The notes under the pieces are model-generated. The model had not been told where the DNA came from and did not search any database. It was given only the letters and a program-made list of their open reading frames with translations. The translations under genes and the position numbers were made by a program. A DNA stretch of 63,868 bases, filler included. It is 12 parts of 12 records of this genome, joined end to end, with 100 filler letters (N's around TTAATTAATTAA, not from the genome) between each part and the next. Parts side by side here need not be neighbours in the genome. Positions count along the whole stretch, not along the records: positions 31,086 to 36,397 come from SRR15195285_1329; positions 36,498 to 43,996 come from SRR15195285_1330; positions 44,097 to 49,320 come from SRR15195285_1337; 9 more parts are not named here. One strand, 5' to 3'. Every line of letters starts with the position of its first letter. Positions within the stretch are counted from its first letter, which is position 1. Below, in pieces: positions 35,201 to 47,700 of the stretch.

Positions 35201-35260
35201 CTAAGCGTGGCGCTCGTCCAGTACGAGCCAGCGGCAGGTGCCAAGGCGTGTGCGCCGTGA
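32215..35260 (+). CDS. Secreted EGF + GH43-like beta-propeller + GH79 (heparanase/beta-glucuronidase-like) multidomain hydrolase; introns 33929-34074 and 34980-35071
   Basis: CSLNG.C..C.C..WTG.NC; SSWGG, WEDP, RERPQ; RLGGG; FELG/NEP acid-base; VWAGET nucleophile; WLWDQLG; PLPDFF. Confidence 0.85.
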
Positions 35261-35463
35261 GCTGGCCTACTACTACTACTATTACTAGCAGCAGAGACAC
35301 AGCGCCGTGTACTTATGTCAATGTTCAAACACGTGGGTGCATGTATGTCAATGTTTTATTGAAATCCATGCACCAGCACACACAGTCCTTTAGTACAGTG
35401 TAGCGCGCACACACACGCACAGTGAACCCATCATAGGACTACGCAATCACAATCGCAATCGCA

Positions 35464-36397
35464 TCATATGAACACGAACTGCTCCTTCAGGCGAAAGCGC
35501 TCGATCGAGTACAGAGCTTCGTATTCAGGGCCGAGCGCAGCATTATCACCCGCGAGGGCAACCTTTGCCAAGAGCTCTGCTGTGAGGCTCGCTTGACGCC
35601 AGCCGTTGAAACTATGGCCGGTATTCACGAGCAGTCCACGCTTGGCTGTGAGCCCAACCACTGGCTGGCAATCAGGCGTGACGGGTCGGCTGCCAGTCCA
35701 CCGGCTGACGCGACTCATGTCGCATACCATGTCGAGGTCCGGCACGACTTCCCTCACTGCTAGCTCTAGCCTCTGCAACGAATAGAACGACCGCTCGATT
35801 GAGCTTATCAGATACAGGTCAGGTCACTGGTGGGCAGAAGCAGACAGCAGACGCGCCGCTCACCTTGTGTTGGGGAGGGACATCGGCCCCTTCTCGAACC
35901 TGCAAGCCATCGTGTGGCCCAGCACCGTCGGTCTTCCCGTTCGCTGCAGCCATGTCCGCGTAACATACAGTGAACCGCATGCTGTTGCCAAGCCTGGTCA
36001 TGTAGAGCCCGAGACCACTCACCACTACGTGCGGCGTGGCATCCGAATCGCCGTGAGAGTCAGGTCGCAGCAGTGGCACTGACATCGAGCAGCCCCTCAG
36101 CCCGATGATTGGCAAGTGTACGCCAGCGCTCCGCGTCAGCGCGACGGGAGTTCCGATTGCGTGGCGCCCCCGATTGCCCGGGCGTGCCAGAACGCATCTA
36201 CAGCTGCGTCGCGTACGACGGCAGCGGCAAAGCGTTCTACGTGCCAAAAGAAACCGGACGGCACGTTTGTCGACGGCATTGCCACGACGGAGATAGGCTC
36301 AGAGCACGCGAATCATAGTGCCACGCAAGCGGGTGGGAGTTTCCGAGCCCACCCTCCACTCCCTCTCGCAACCAGTTACACATGCATGCATTAGGGG
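35464..36397 (-). CDS. FAD-dependent oxidoreductase (D-amino acid dehydrogenase/DAO family), C-terminal part, spliced
   Basis: LPIIGLRGCS; WTGSRPVTPDCQPVVG; VNTGHSFNGW. Confidence 0.8.
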
Positions 36398-36497
36398 NNN
36401 NNNNNNNNNNNNNNNNNNNNNNNNNNNNNNNNNNNNNNNNNTTAATTAATTAANNNNNNNNNNNNNNNNNNNNNNNNNNNNNNNNNNNNNNNNNNNN

Positions 36498-36967
36498 CGG
36501 CTCTGGCTCCGGCTCTGGCTCCGGCTGGATCTTCGGCTGGGGCTGGGCCAGGCTTCGCTACGGCTGTGCGGAGCAGTACTACGGAGGAGCCTTGTAAGGT
36601 TCAAAATAACCCAGCGGGTAGATGCCCTGGGCATGGCACCGATTCCAACTACGGCATCATGCGATCGTCCATCTGCACAAATGTCACAAGCGTAGCCGCG
36701 CAGCGCCTGGCTCAGGCTCCGACTCCGGCTGGGGCTCCGGCTGTGCCAGGCTTTGCTACGGCTGTGCGCAACAGCAGTACTACGGAGGAGCCTTGCAAGG
36801 TCGAGGCTACTGGCGATGACGACACTGGCGCAGACGCAGGCACAGCTGACGACAACCAACGAGCAGGCAAGCGACCCCGATATGCAGCGTATCCTACGGA
36901 CTGCCCTCCAGAGTGGTTGCACAACGCCGCCAAGGGCCGCTGGCGCCCGGGCTCAAAACTACTTTGA
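36498..36967 (+). CDS. C-terminal fragment of a hypothetical protein with a two-copy internal repeat
   Basis: PGFATAVR(N)SSTTEEPCKV occurs twice in frame; convergent with the next gene. Confidence 0.4.
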
Positions 36968-37072
36968 TTTCGTTCTCGGACTATGTTCCATCTGGTCACT
37001 CACAATAAAGCCAGCGTAGAGAATAGTCAAATGGCACCTGCGTTGTTCTGTCAGGATAGGCAAGATTTCACT

Positions 37073-40000
37073 TCATGGCCGCGCTATCTTCGGTTTCTCC
37101 TCTTCTTCTGGAGACTTTTTTGTGGCTGGCGAGCGCAACGCCATATCCGCAGTTTGCGCACCCATCACTGTGCTCACTCCCGCACCCAGAACCATCCTGC
37201 CTCCGCTGTTCGTACCACTGGTCTCACCAGCATCATGATGCTCACCGTGACTGCCACGGCTGCCGCCACCGCCTCCTCCACCGCCGCTGCCGTCGTCATC
37301 GTCCTGATTGTCATCCTCGTCGCTGATCAGCGTAGCTGCCGCATCGGGGGTCTCTGGCGTGTCTGCCATCTCAACATTCACAAAAGCGCCCGCGCCACCT
37401 TCCATGTCGATATCAATGTCGCCGTCGATTTCCAGCTCGAAACTTTCGGCGGCACCCTCGAGTTCCCCCTGAACAACCCCCAATGCTGCCTCCTCGAGGG
37501 CACACCCGCCAAGCAGCAGACCAAATACCAGCTCTAATGTCCTGCCGAACATGATCGCTTTTAAAGGATCGATCAGAAAGTTGCGCCATAGCTGTGTCAT
37601 CATGACGGCTACAAGCCACTCAACAGTCTTCTCTTCAGAAAACAAGATGGTCGTTGCGGCGACAATCGTTGCCGACATGACAGCAACCACAAACACATAG
37701 ATGAAAGGAGCCATCATTCGCCACCCTGTTCTTGGTGCAATTGGGAGGGTCTGGATATGAAGAAACCAGAGTGTGATAGCCGCTCTTGTTTGGAGCCGGT
37801 TGAGGACCACATTTGTTGCTTCGACTGTAGTGCTGGCATTCGCAGCAGCCGTAGTATCGTCACCACAACCTTGCGCAACTATATTTGACAGCTGCGACAG
37901 CTGACACATTGATGTAGAGGCTTTACTGGTATGATCTGTCGGCGATACTGCGTGTCTCTCGTTGCCGCTTTTTCCTGCGTGGTGTTTCCTGTAATGTACG
38001 TGCGAGCCGCTGCCGGTCGAGAACACCCAATCGAGCTCCGTTTTACTTGGGCGCACACCATCGTTGAGGTCCGTTAGTAATGACCGCAACTCCCGTCGTG
38101 TGAGGCCAGGGCGCTTTTCGTCTAACATGTCCAGTTGATCGAACTTTGCGTCAATCATCTGCAGCTCGTGTTGCAAGCCACGCCACATGGCTAGCGGAAC
38201 TACGAGATCACTCTTGAGGACAGCACCGTCACCAAACTGGCCTCGCCTACCACTATGTTCGGCTAACCTGATGACATAGTCCACATCGGACTCAGGCACG
38301 GCCTGTTGCTGACCGTCACCAACATCACTAGTTTCGTTATCGTTGAAAAGAAGCTTGGCCATCAGCGCAGTAAGCTGATCTCGCGAAATTGTCCCGTCCA
38401 TCTGCATTCTCACGTCCTGTAATGCACGCGCCACCCATGCCTCGTGCACTTTCATTTGCGCAGCAACTGCCTTCCGAAGCAAGCCGACCCGTTCGGAACT
38501 CGCCCTTTCCAAATCCATTTCGATCGCCCGACGAGTTTCAACGTGCGTGTACCATATCATCACCGCCTTTCTCAGCTCCTTGTGATCTAGCTGACCATTG
38601 CCATCGGCATCTGCTGTCTTCAGAATCCATTCCATCTCCTCTGATGCTGGGGTGATGCCATCATTAAGCATCTTCAGCACCTGGGCCACCTCCACGGGCG
38701 TCAGCGAGCCACTGCTCTCAGTATCGTACTCGCTGAATTTGCTGTCGATCATTTGTACCTCGTCCCGCATCGCAAAGTATCTCGCCAAAGCTGGCACAAT
38801 GCGCACTTGGTGCATGCACTCTGGGTGTGCGACGTTTGCAGTCGATAAGATAAAGTCCATCGAACTCGCAGCACCCTCGTTGCTACTGCCCATCTCTTCG
38901 TCTACAGCGTTCATCATGTTTCGCAACTCCCTCGAACCGATGATTCCAGACCCACTCTTGTCGAAGGTTTTGAAAATTGTTTCACAGTGGGCTCGCATTT
39001 TCTCACAACGTTGGCTCATCTTCACACGATGCTCACTGGCACCGCCGTGAGGGCATTTTGGTGGCATTGGAACCTCCCGGTTGGCATGAACGATAGGATA
39101 CCACACAGCAACAGCACCCATAATCTCGTCTCGTCCGATCGCCCCGTCCCCTGAGCGGTCTGCTTGTGACATAACGTATTGAACTTCAGCCTTGCTCGGG
39201 GTGTTCCCGTCATTCAGATCGGTCATCATCAGAGTGAGCTCGTCTGCAGTGAGGAGCCCATCGCCTGAACCGTCAAACTTGTCGAACGTGCCTAGAATGC
39301 GAGTCTGTTCCTCCTGCAGGCTCAGATATAATGGCAGCGCCAATCTGAGTTCGCCTCGGTTGATGGCCCCTGTGGCGCTTTGGTCAGCAGTTCTGAGGAT
39401 GAACTCCACAGATCTATCATCCACTGGGTCTGGGCTGTTCATTTCTTCCATAATTAGGCGAAGCTGCTCAACATTGATGGACCCTGTTCCCTGGGGGTCG
39501 TATGTCCTCCACAGCTCCTCCAACGACTGCGAATGCTTGCGCACTTTTTCCGTCAAGATTGTACGAGTTTGCGAATGCTCGTATATTTCGAGCTCTGGGA
39601 CTGGCCGAAGCCAGTAGCAGCATAAGCGTAGCAACTTCATCGGCTTTGTCGATCTACAGCAAGGGCACGACGCCCGCAAGCACGTGCGTTTTCTTTTTAT
39701 GTACCTGATGCAAGTACGGTCATCGCCTCTGGACTTAGCTTCTCGGTCCGCTGAGCGTTTTGAGTCCTTCTCTCGTGCCTCGCGAACGATTTCAGCTGTC
39801 TGGCCCTCGAGGACAGCTAGATGTGCCTCAAATGGCGCTCTGAGCCATGCAAAACCAAAATTCAGAATTCCAGAGATGGGTATGGATAAGACTGCAGCCA
39901 AACCGGAAGCCCTGAGTCCATTTCCTTCACATTCTGCGTCGCATTCCTCTGTGCATTTCTGGTATCTGTACAGTCAAGGTTGCCGACATTCCGTTGGAAT

Positions 40001-43000
40001 GACCAATGCAGATGAGTGAGCTCTATTGATTGCACTGTAATTAGTTATTTGCATCATCCTTGCTCTAGTGCAATCAACTGAGCGTTTGCAACTACAGCTG
40101 GTTGCAACAGGTAGCGTAGACTTACGTGTCATCTGTACAGACATCGTAGCAGTCAGGTGAAGGTTTCGTGAAAAAGATGACGTTGAGCACCATGCCTAAT
40201 GCAGCAAGTCATACTAGGTCAGGACATCAAGTCGCAACCGCAGGCAACTTATTCAAAATTTCAAGCAGATATTGAGTGTAGTTTTACCTATCAAGATTCC
40301 CAACCACAGGACGACAAATCTGTGAGATTTGAGATATGGATCTCCTCTGTAACCGAGTACGATGGCAGCCAGCGGCCACTGAATGCGAAGGTCGATGGCA
40401 AACTTGTGCAATATAGAAACGTTGTCCAAAGAAAGCAGCTGTCGCTTTTGCGCAAACCTAGACGACCGAAGCTCATACTGCTCTCGAAGCAGTTCTGCTG
40501 TTGATACCTTGCGCACCAGATGTTGATAAATCTTGATGGCGACGGCCATCGATACAAGCGATAGTAATGTAGTGATACAGGCTATGATGGCTGAAACAGG
40601 ATTCCTTTTTAACCACTCCTTGTCGAGAATCGCTTCCACATCCATTCGATTGAAGCTCACTGGCGGCCCAAGCATAGCAGCAAAATTTGTCAAGTGATTG
40701 AATGCACAATGCAGCGAATTATTTGTGACATTGACGAACTCGCCATCCCGTCGCCACTCCCGCAGCTCTTCGTCCCAGTAAACGCACAGCTCTGATACTG
40801 TTCGCACGTACTTCTCCCTTAGTTCTTCGCGCATACAGGCGCACGCTTCTGGCCAACGGTGGCAGTCTTCTGCTCCGCCACGAATGCCTGGACATCCAAT
40901 CATTGTTCCGTCTTCTTTCAATTTTGAGTTAGCACACGAGTCAGTCCGCCGTGGGCACACAGTCATTTTCTCCTCTTCTTGCCTTCGCAGCTGCTCGGCC
41001 TGTTGTTGTAAAGCCATCGAGAAGTTTGAATCGTTGAGATATGAACTACACCCTGATGCTGGTGATGAACCTGACATTGCCAGCAGCACCATTTCCTCTT
41101 CCAAACTTGTCCTGTTCCAAGAAAATGAAATGAACTTGTCGACTTCCATCAACGACTTTCTGGCCAGGTTCTTCGAGAAATTGAGCTCGCGGCTTGTGTT
41201 GACTAATGGGATGCTGATAATGAACGGCTCCGATAGGTTGGCTATCTCCAGTTTTCGTGCACCACTACTTTGGAGCACTCGTCGTCCTCCCACTGGTGTA
41301 TTGATGTACTTGAAGTCCACAGAGAGCAGCGATGACGCAAGCTGGGAGCCAGTCCCGTCGCTCAGCATTTCGGGTGCAGCGAAAAGCGGCCCAAGGCCTG
41401 AGTACTGGATAACTTGAGAACTGATCGCCTGCCCGGCGGCCACTGTCAAAGCTGCGCTAGGTACACGGACGAGACCAGCGAGAGTGCGCTGATCAAACTG
41501 CTCAGGGGAGTCTCGCTGCACCCAAAGGCCGAAGTTGTCGGTCCTAAGCAATGTTTCTGCCTCACCATTAACCATCTGATTGACAACTCCGTCTCCCAAA
41601 TTATCGATAGCACCTGCTATGACCATGCCTCGGTCGATACCATCACCACGATTGTCGCTTTGTTGTGTGCGGCGTCGCGAAGTGATATCATTTTGGATGG
41701 ACATCGCCATCAATAGATTAGAAACGGCTCCAGCAATTCCCTCGACTGGAAATGTGCCGGTGGATAGCGCTCCAGCTTCAGCCAACGATTTCACCAGTGT
41801 TGTTGCGGTGTCTGTCGCAGCAACAGTCAACTCTACGGGCGAAGAAGTGATTAGCTCCAAGCTGCTGCCCAGCCGACCAATTGCATCTGTTGCCAGAGCA
41901 AGAGGAGCCACGCCTGAGTCGGTGTCAGGAGTCAAGACATGTGCCGCCAACGCGTCGACAAGAAGCTCTCGAGACTCTCGTATCTCGTCAGTTACGGTGG
42001 TGTCTTCTCTCGACGACAGTGCGCCAGCAAGCGCATCGACAAGCTGTGCAGTCTGCGAGGCGTCTCCAACACTTTCTGCAGCACTCAGAAGTCGTCGAGT
42101 AGAGTTTTGTGTCAGTTCTGCTTGCATTGGAAGGACTCTGACAACCGTTGAAGCAGAGCTGAGACCATCCAATGCGTCCAGGATGCTCACATGCACGGAA
42201 TATGCATGATCCGTGGATGCTGGCCCTTGTGGTAGTACAGCGCGTGTTAAGGGCGAGGCCCGAAAGTCCTGGAGATATCGATCGTTGCCAAGAAGTGTGT
42301 ATCCAAAGCGATAGCGAAATCCGTCAGTTTCATCTTCATCTGTCCATCCCTCTGTGCTGAGCGAAAAGACCGTCTCGATTGCTCGACCCTCTGTGGGTAA
42401 CACGGTGAGCAAACCACCTGAAGGAGGACGGTTGGTTTCTATCAGGAGCTCCTGGAAGCCAATCGCTCCTGTGGATGACTCAGCAGTCAGCACAAACGCG
42501 TAGCTTTGCCCTGGTGTGAGCACATCAGGCCGTACAACGAGGTTGCTGTCCACTGAGACACTAGCGCTGACGCTCGCGTATATATATCCATTTAATGGTG
42601 TGGAAACCATATCAGGCGACAGCGAGAACGGTAGACCAGACTCCAATTCAGCAGACCATCGCCATGCATAGAGATCTTCATGGACAGAGTTTGGTGCGCT
42701 TATTGTGCCAATTATGCTGAATTTCTCGTTGCTGTTAATCCTGCGTTGCATAGTTCGCGCGATATTCACTGTAGCAGCACCTGCAGCTATTGTGACGACG
42801 GCTGTTGCAGATACTGGCATTTTCCCTGTTTTTTCAACTGTCACCACAAACTGCAACGGCTCTTGCCCATCAGAAGCAGAAGCTAGCTGTGCGCTTGTAG
42901 CCTCGAGCACTGGTGCTGTCAGGTTCCAGCCAGATAACGAGCAAGCAACGCCAGCAGCTGTGCATGACCAAGTGTAGCTAAGCAAACCATATGTCAGTCG

Positions 43001-43996
43001 TTCGTCTACACTGAGGTCTGGATCGTGGCTTTCAGATGCATCGAGGCGGAGGTCTTGACTCCCAGAGATCGCACGATTGTTTCCGCCGAGGATTGTCACA
43101 AACAGTGGCTGTGAAGCCACTGTTATTACTACATCCGCCGAGGCGATTTGCCCACCTTCATCGACGGATACCCGTAGTGTCGTAGTTCCTGGTCTCAGTG
43201 TATATGGTGGCATTTCAAATACTGATGTATCCTGGGCAAAATCTAACAACTCAGTATCTCCATCGACTGCGCTCCAGCGGTACGTCAACGACGAGGACAC
43301 AACAGAGGTGTCACAGAGCTGTACCGGGGTGGCAATTGCTGCCACCCGTGTGTGCTGTGAGGCCAGGGTTTGCATTTGAGCAGGTTCAACCACGACTTGT
43401 AGTGCAGGAACACAGCACCCATCCCCAGGTTGGCAGTCCTGTGCAGTTGGACACGGAATGCCAGTACCTGACTGTGGTTTATATTCGCTCCATGTGCGCA
43501 CTCCTGCAGCTTCACACGATGAAGAGCAAGAGGACCATTGGCCTGCACAATCAGTATTCAGAGGGCAAAGATCATCGCCCGGCTGGCACTGGGTCACTGA
43601 AGGGCACGCTCTGCCGTGCCCGCTCTGAGCCACAGCCTCCGACCAAACACGGCCACAATCAGGCGTGCAGGTGCTCCACATACCCACACAGTCAATGTCA
43701 AGTGGGCAGCTACCACCACCTGGCTGACAATCTAATGCTGGCGGGCACACCAGGCCATCGCCGCTCTGAGCGACAATCTGCGTCCACACACGATCCGAAG
43801 CTGGTTCACAGGCATTTGTACAGAGTGACCAAGTTCCAGCACAATCCACATCAACGACGGTATCGCAGCACAGCTCATTATCAGTGCCAGATGCGTCACA
43901 CGTCTCAGCCACGCACAGAGCTGCAGCAGCGTTGGCGTCCACGACCCAGCCGTCCGCACATGTAAATGTCGAGCACGCTGCACGAGCCACACAGCT
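37073..43996 (-). CDS. Polycystin-1-like receptor: TSP1-like repeats, REJ, GAIN/GPS, TM helices and a large EF-hand array; 5' truncated
   Basis: DC.G.WS.C repeats; LDASESHDPD; NRPPSGG; GWTDED; GPS CVYWD..W..G..CAFNHLTNFA; ORFs 40253-43990 and 37073-39901 join in frame through a short exon at ~40126-40195 with GT-AG introns. Confidence 0.85.
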
Positions 43997-44710
43997 NNNN
44001 NNNNNNNNNNNNNNNNNNNNNNNNNNNNNNNNNNNNNNNNTTAATTAATTAANNNNNNNNNNNNNNNNNNNNNNNNNNNNNNNNNNNNNNNNNNNNAGGT
44101 TCCTAACGACGTGCCCAAAAGGCACATGCAGCTGAAATGGCCTTGGCGTAGGGCCGCTAGAAGTGGTCGGATAGGAGCGTTGTTTTTGGGGTCTTCGGTG
44201 GGCGCTCGATTTTTAAAAATCAGTATTTCTCCGCCGTGCTGGATGATGTTGCTGAATGGAGGATAACCCTGAATGTTTGTGCGCCGAAACACAGGACGAA
44301 ACTCGCGGAGGATGTGTTACATTTCAATGTATTCCGGCGCTTGCGGGCTCTTTCCCGCTGCTGCTTCCGTACTGTGTGTTTCGTCCAGTTGTACTATGAA
44401 TAGTACCGCCTATCGATGGAAAGCTTGTAGGCTCAGCTATCCTCTTGATGTACGGTACTTGAGCCACAGACTACATTTGCAATCTGAGGACCCAGTGGAC
44501 CGTGTGCTGGAGAGTGCTAAACTGAAATTGCCATGCATTGGGTTTTGGAGACTACTCACGTACTCGGTGATGTGGGCGTAGGCCGGCACCGGGCGTGGCG
44601 GCGCGCGCAGTAGATGGATTACTACTCCATACGTTTGTAGATGTACCTGCTCATACAGGTACTACTAGGTCGGCAGGTCGGCACACGTGCTCACCAAAAT
44701 AATGCGCCAT

Positions 44711-47700
44711 TTACGCGCTATGCAATATTGCCGCGAGATCGACCTCAGCCCCTAGGGCGTGTGCCAGGATGTCCAAATCTTCTTTCGCGGCATCCTCTCC
44801 TACTAGGCGGCGCACTGCTGCCCTCAATTGCGCCTTGCCCTCGGCTTCACGACCCGTCTTCACCATCACGCAGCAGAAGAGTTCGCGCGTAGATAGCACC
44901 GCTCCCAAGTGGAAGCCGATAGACGCGAGGCCCTCGGCAGAGGAGCACAGTGTAGCCTCAGCCTCATCCAGTTGACCCTTGGCCGCTAGACACCGACCTT
45001 GGATGCGCAAACCGCGCAAACGCACGTTCATGCTGGCGTTGCCTCCTTTCGATACATCATCCAATGTTGCAACGCGCTCCGCCCAAGCCAGCGCATCATC
45101 GATTCGACCGAACTTCTCGTACACCATCGCAACCACGGTAGCAAGACAACTTGAATCTCCACCACAGTTGTACATCCATGAGAACGGCAGGCTGGCACAA
45201 CACCATCACCCACACAGTACATGCAATATCGTGAGGTCGAGGGAGTGTAATGCTACTCGACTTGTGGCTACCCAAGAATGATGGCCATGCGTACCCGCAG
45301 TTGGCTAATTCCACGTGTTCTTCCCATGACGGCATCGCCGCCAAGGTTTCTTCCGCGTCAAGCTCAGGCCCCGAGAGAAGCACATATATCATCTTAAACA
45401 TCCACTCAACGTATTCGACGCTGACCAGCCCCGGTGTGGTATCGCCGCGGCGGCGTAGTGGGAACACCATCGTTTCAGCCATAGTGTCCAGTGTCTCACC
45501 AGCGTTGGACCACGTAAGGCGGAGCTTCTCCAGTGCAACGCGCAATGGCTCGGGGCGGTTCAGGTCCAGCGCAAGCGTCCACCAGTACATCATGCCGAAC
45601 TTAGTCCCTGCTTCAAGTGATTGGTTCGGCTGCGCCAGCATCTTGTCCACACTGTTTGTTCCCATTTCATAGGCCTTGATGCCTTCGGACATCTGGCCGT
45701 AGTGCTCAGCCATGACCGTGTAGCCTGTTTGAGAGCCCATTACGCAATCTATGCCTGCACAGCCAGCGGGCAGCCTCATGCTGACTCAGCAGCAAAACAT
45801 GCGCCCACCGGAACAATACAGCTAGCACAGGCTGCACCCTACGAGAAACTTACCCCAGGTTCCCTGATCTTGCACGAGAAAATTGTGACACTTCTCGAAG
45901 GTATAAAACTCGTACGCCTGCTGCACGAAGTTTGTCCCATCCTCATCCAGAAAGAAGGCGTCCCAGTCAAAGTCCGCAGTCAGGGAAGGCTGCACCAAAT
46001 TAGCAGCAGCTAAGAAAATCTTGCACAGCTGTTGCGTGCGTATGTCTGGGTGAGAACGAGCGCCGGTCGATAAGGGGGAAAGATACGACTTGAATCCAGG
46101 GCCCCAGCTCGAGGGTTCGCCGAACATCGTCATCGCCACCACGAATATATGGCACAGTGCAGCATAACTCGGCGCCCTGACCGCTGCATCTTGCTGCAAC
46201 ACATGCACCATCCTTGGAATGCGACTGGCGTCCGCCGGATCGTTCGCGCAGCTCAACTCAGCGAAAAGCATGAGCTCCAGGCTGTCTTGTGCCTGACGCT
46301 CTTCACCATCTGCATCGCTTGCGCTAAGCTTTTCTAGCGCATCGAGGCCACGACGGAACCACTTGAATGATTCCTGCGGCTGCCCCAGCCGTTTGCACAG
46401 CAATGCTATTGCTGCCGCACGGCAGGCCAGCGCCCACAGCTCATTTGCGGCTTCAGACGCTGCAATGAGGAGCTCAAGCTTTTCTGGTCCAAGGGCTTCT
46501 GCTACGGCGAGAGTGATGATGTCGGGAGGGGAATCACCTAGCCACTCGCTGAGCACGAGAGCGTCAGGATTTGAATCAGCGCCCATTGATTCTTTGACAT
46601 GCTTGACGGCGGTATCATTGACATATCTGACACGCTGGTCAGGCTGCCCGAGACCATCTCCTGCTAATGTCCTGTCCAGCATCACGTAGCGCATTAACAT
46701 CACGAACCAAGGAGCAATAGAAACCCGTTCAGCAGAGCCTCACTCACCACGCGGAGTTGAGCTCGGGAGACTGCGGCCGATTTTCGCGAAGGACGTTGAT
46801 TACTCTGCGGTGAGCTTGCCGTAACTCTTCGTCCGTGTGCATACCAATGGTGAAGTCCCTGACAACTGCGTCCACGGGAGCTGATGTCAGAACAGCACTG
46901 CAACTCACTTTTGCAGACCTGCACAATGGTTTGCTTGGCCAAGGAATCAAAGAAGATAAGTCGAGAGTGCTAGCTCAGTTGATGCTATAGCATTTTGCTT
47001 ACTGTCGTGTAATGAAATGTTGTCTACTGTGCCCAGCACTGCACCCAGGCACACACAAAGAGAAATGGCGCTGAGGGGCGGGTGACAACCTGACAAGCTG
47101 TGAGTAAATTGCAATTGGTAGTATGTACCTAAGCTGCGCTCGATCAGTACTTTCATCCACTTGCGAATCATCATGATGCGGGGGCGCGGGGCGGGTTTCT
47201 CTTTAGTACTGCAACTGGCTTGGAAAATCATGGCTAGGATGTCCAATGGTACGGCTGTGTCTTCAGGTATGAGGGCCAGGCACTTGAAGAGTGCCGTAAT
47301 CTTCTCCTTCTGCGAGCCACTGATCGAGTTGAGGGATGTCTTGATAACCGTTTCCTCCACAGACTGCTGGCTACCGTCTGCGAAATCGTCTTTTAATACG
47401 GCGAGGATCCCATCCCAGTCACTTGAAGCATCGAGGTCGAGATCTTTGACAAGCTGTCCAGCGATAGAAATGGCCAGAGGCAGCTTGTTGCAGAATTTCA
47501 CAATGTCGAGCGCTTCCTTTGGCAGTGACTGGTCCGCTTTCAGCGCAAGGCCGGCAGTTGAGAGAAGCATGTCCACTGCCTGCTGCTCGTCGGGTAGCTC
47601 GATCGAAATGATGACTGAGCCTACATTGCTCGCATTCAAGTCTTCGCTACTGCCAGTGCTGCCCACCAAAGCCGCACGTACACGTGATGAGGCGAGGATT

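Noticed and set aside
36498-36800. Minus-strand EPEPEP frame with conserved in-frame TAG codons, suggesting stop-codon reassignment
   Set aside because: The plus strand has an open, plausible frame covering the same repeat, and other genes here end at TAG normally
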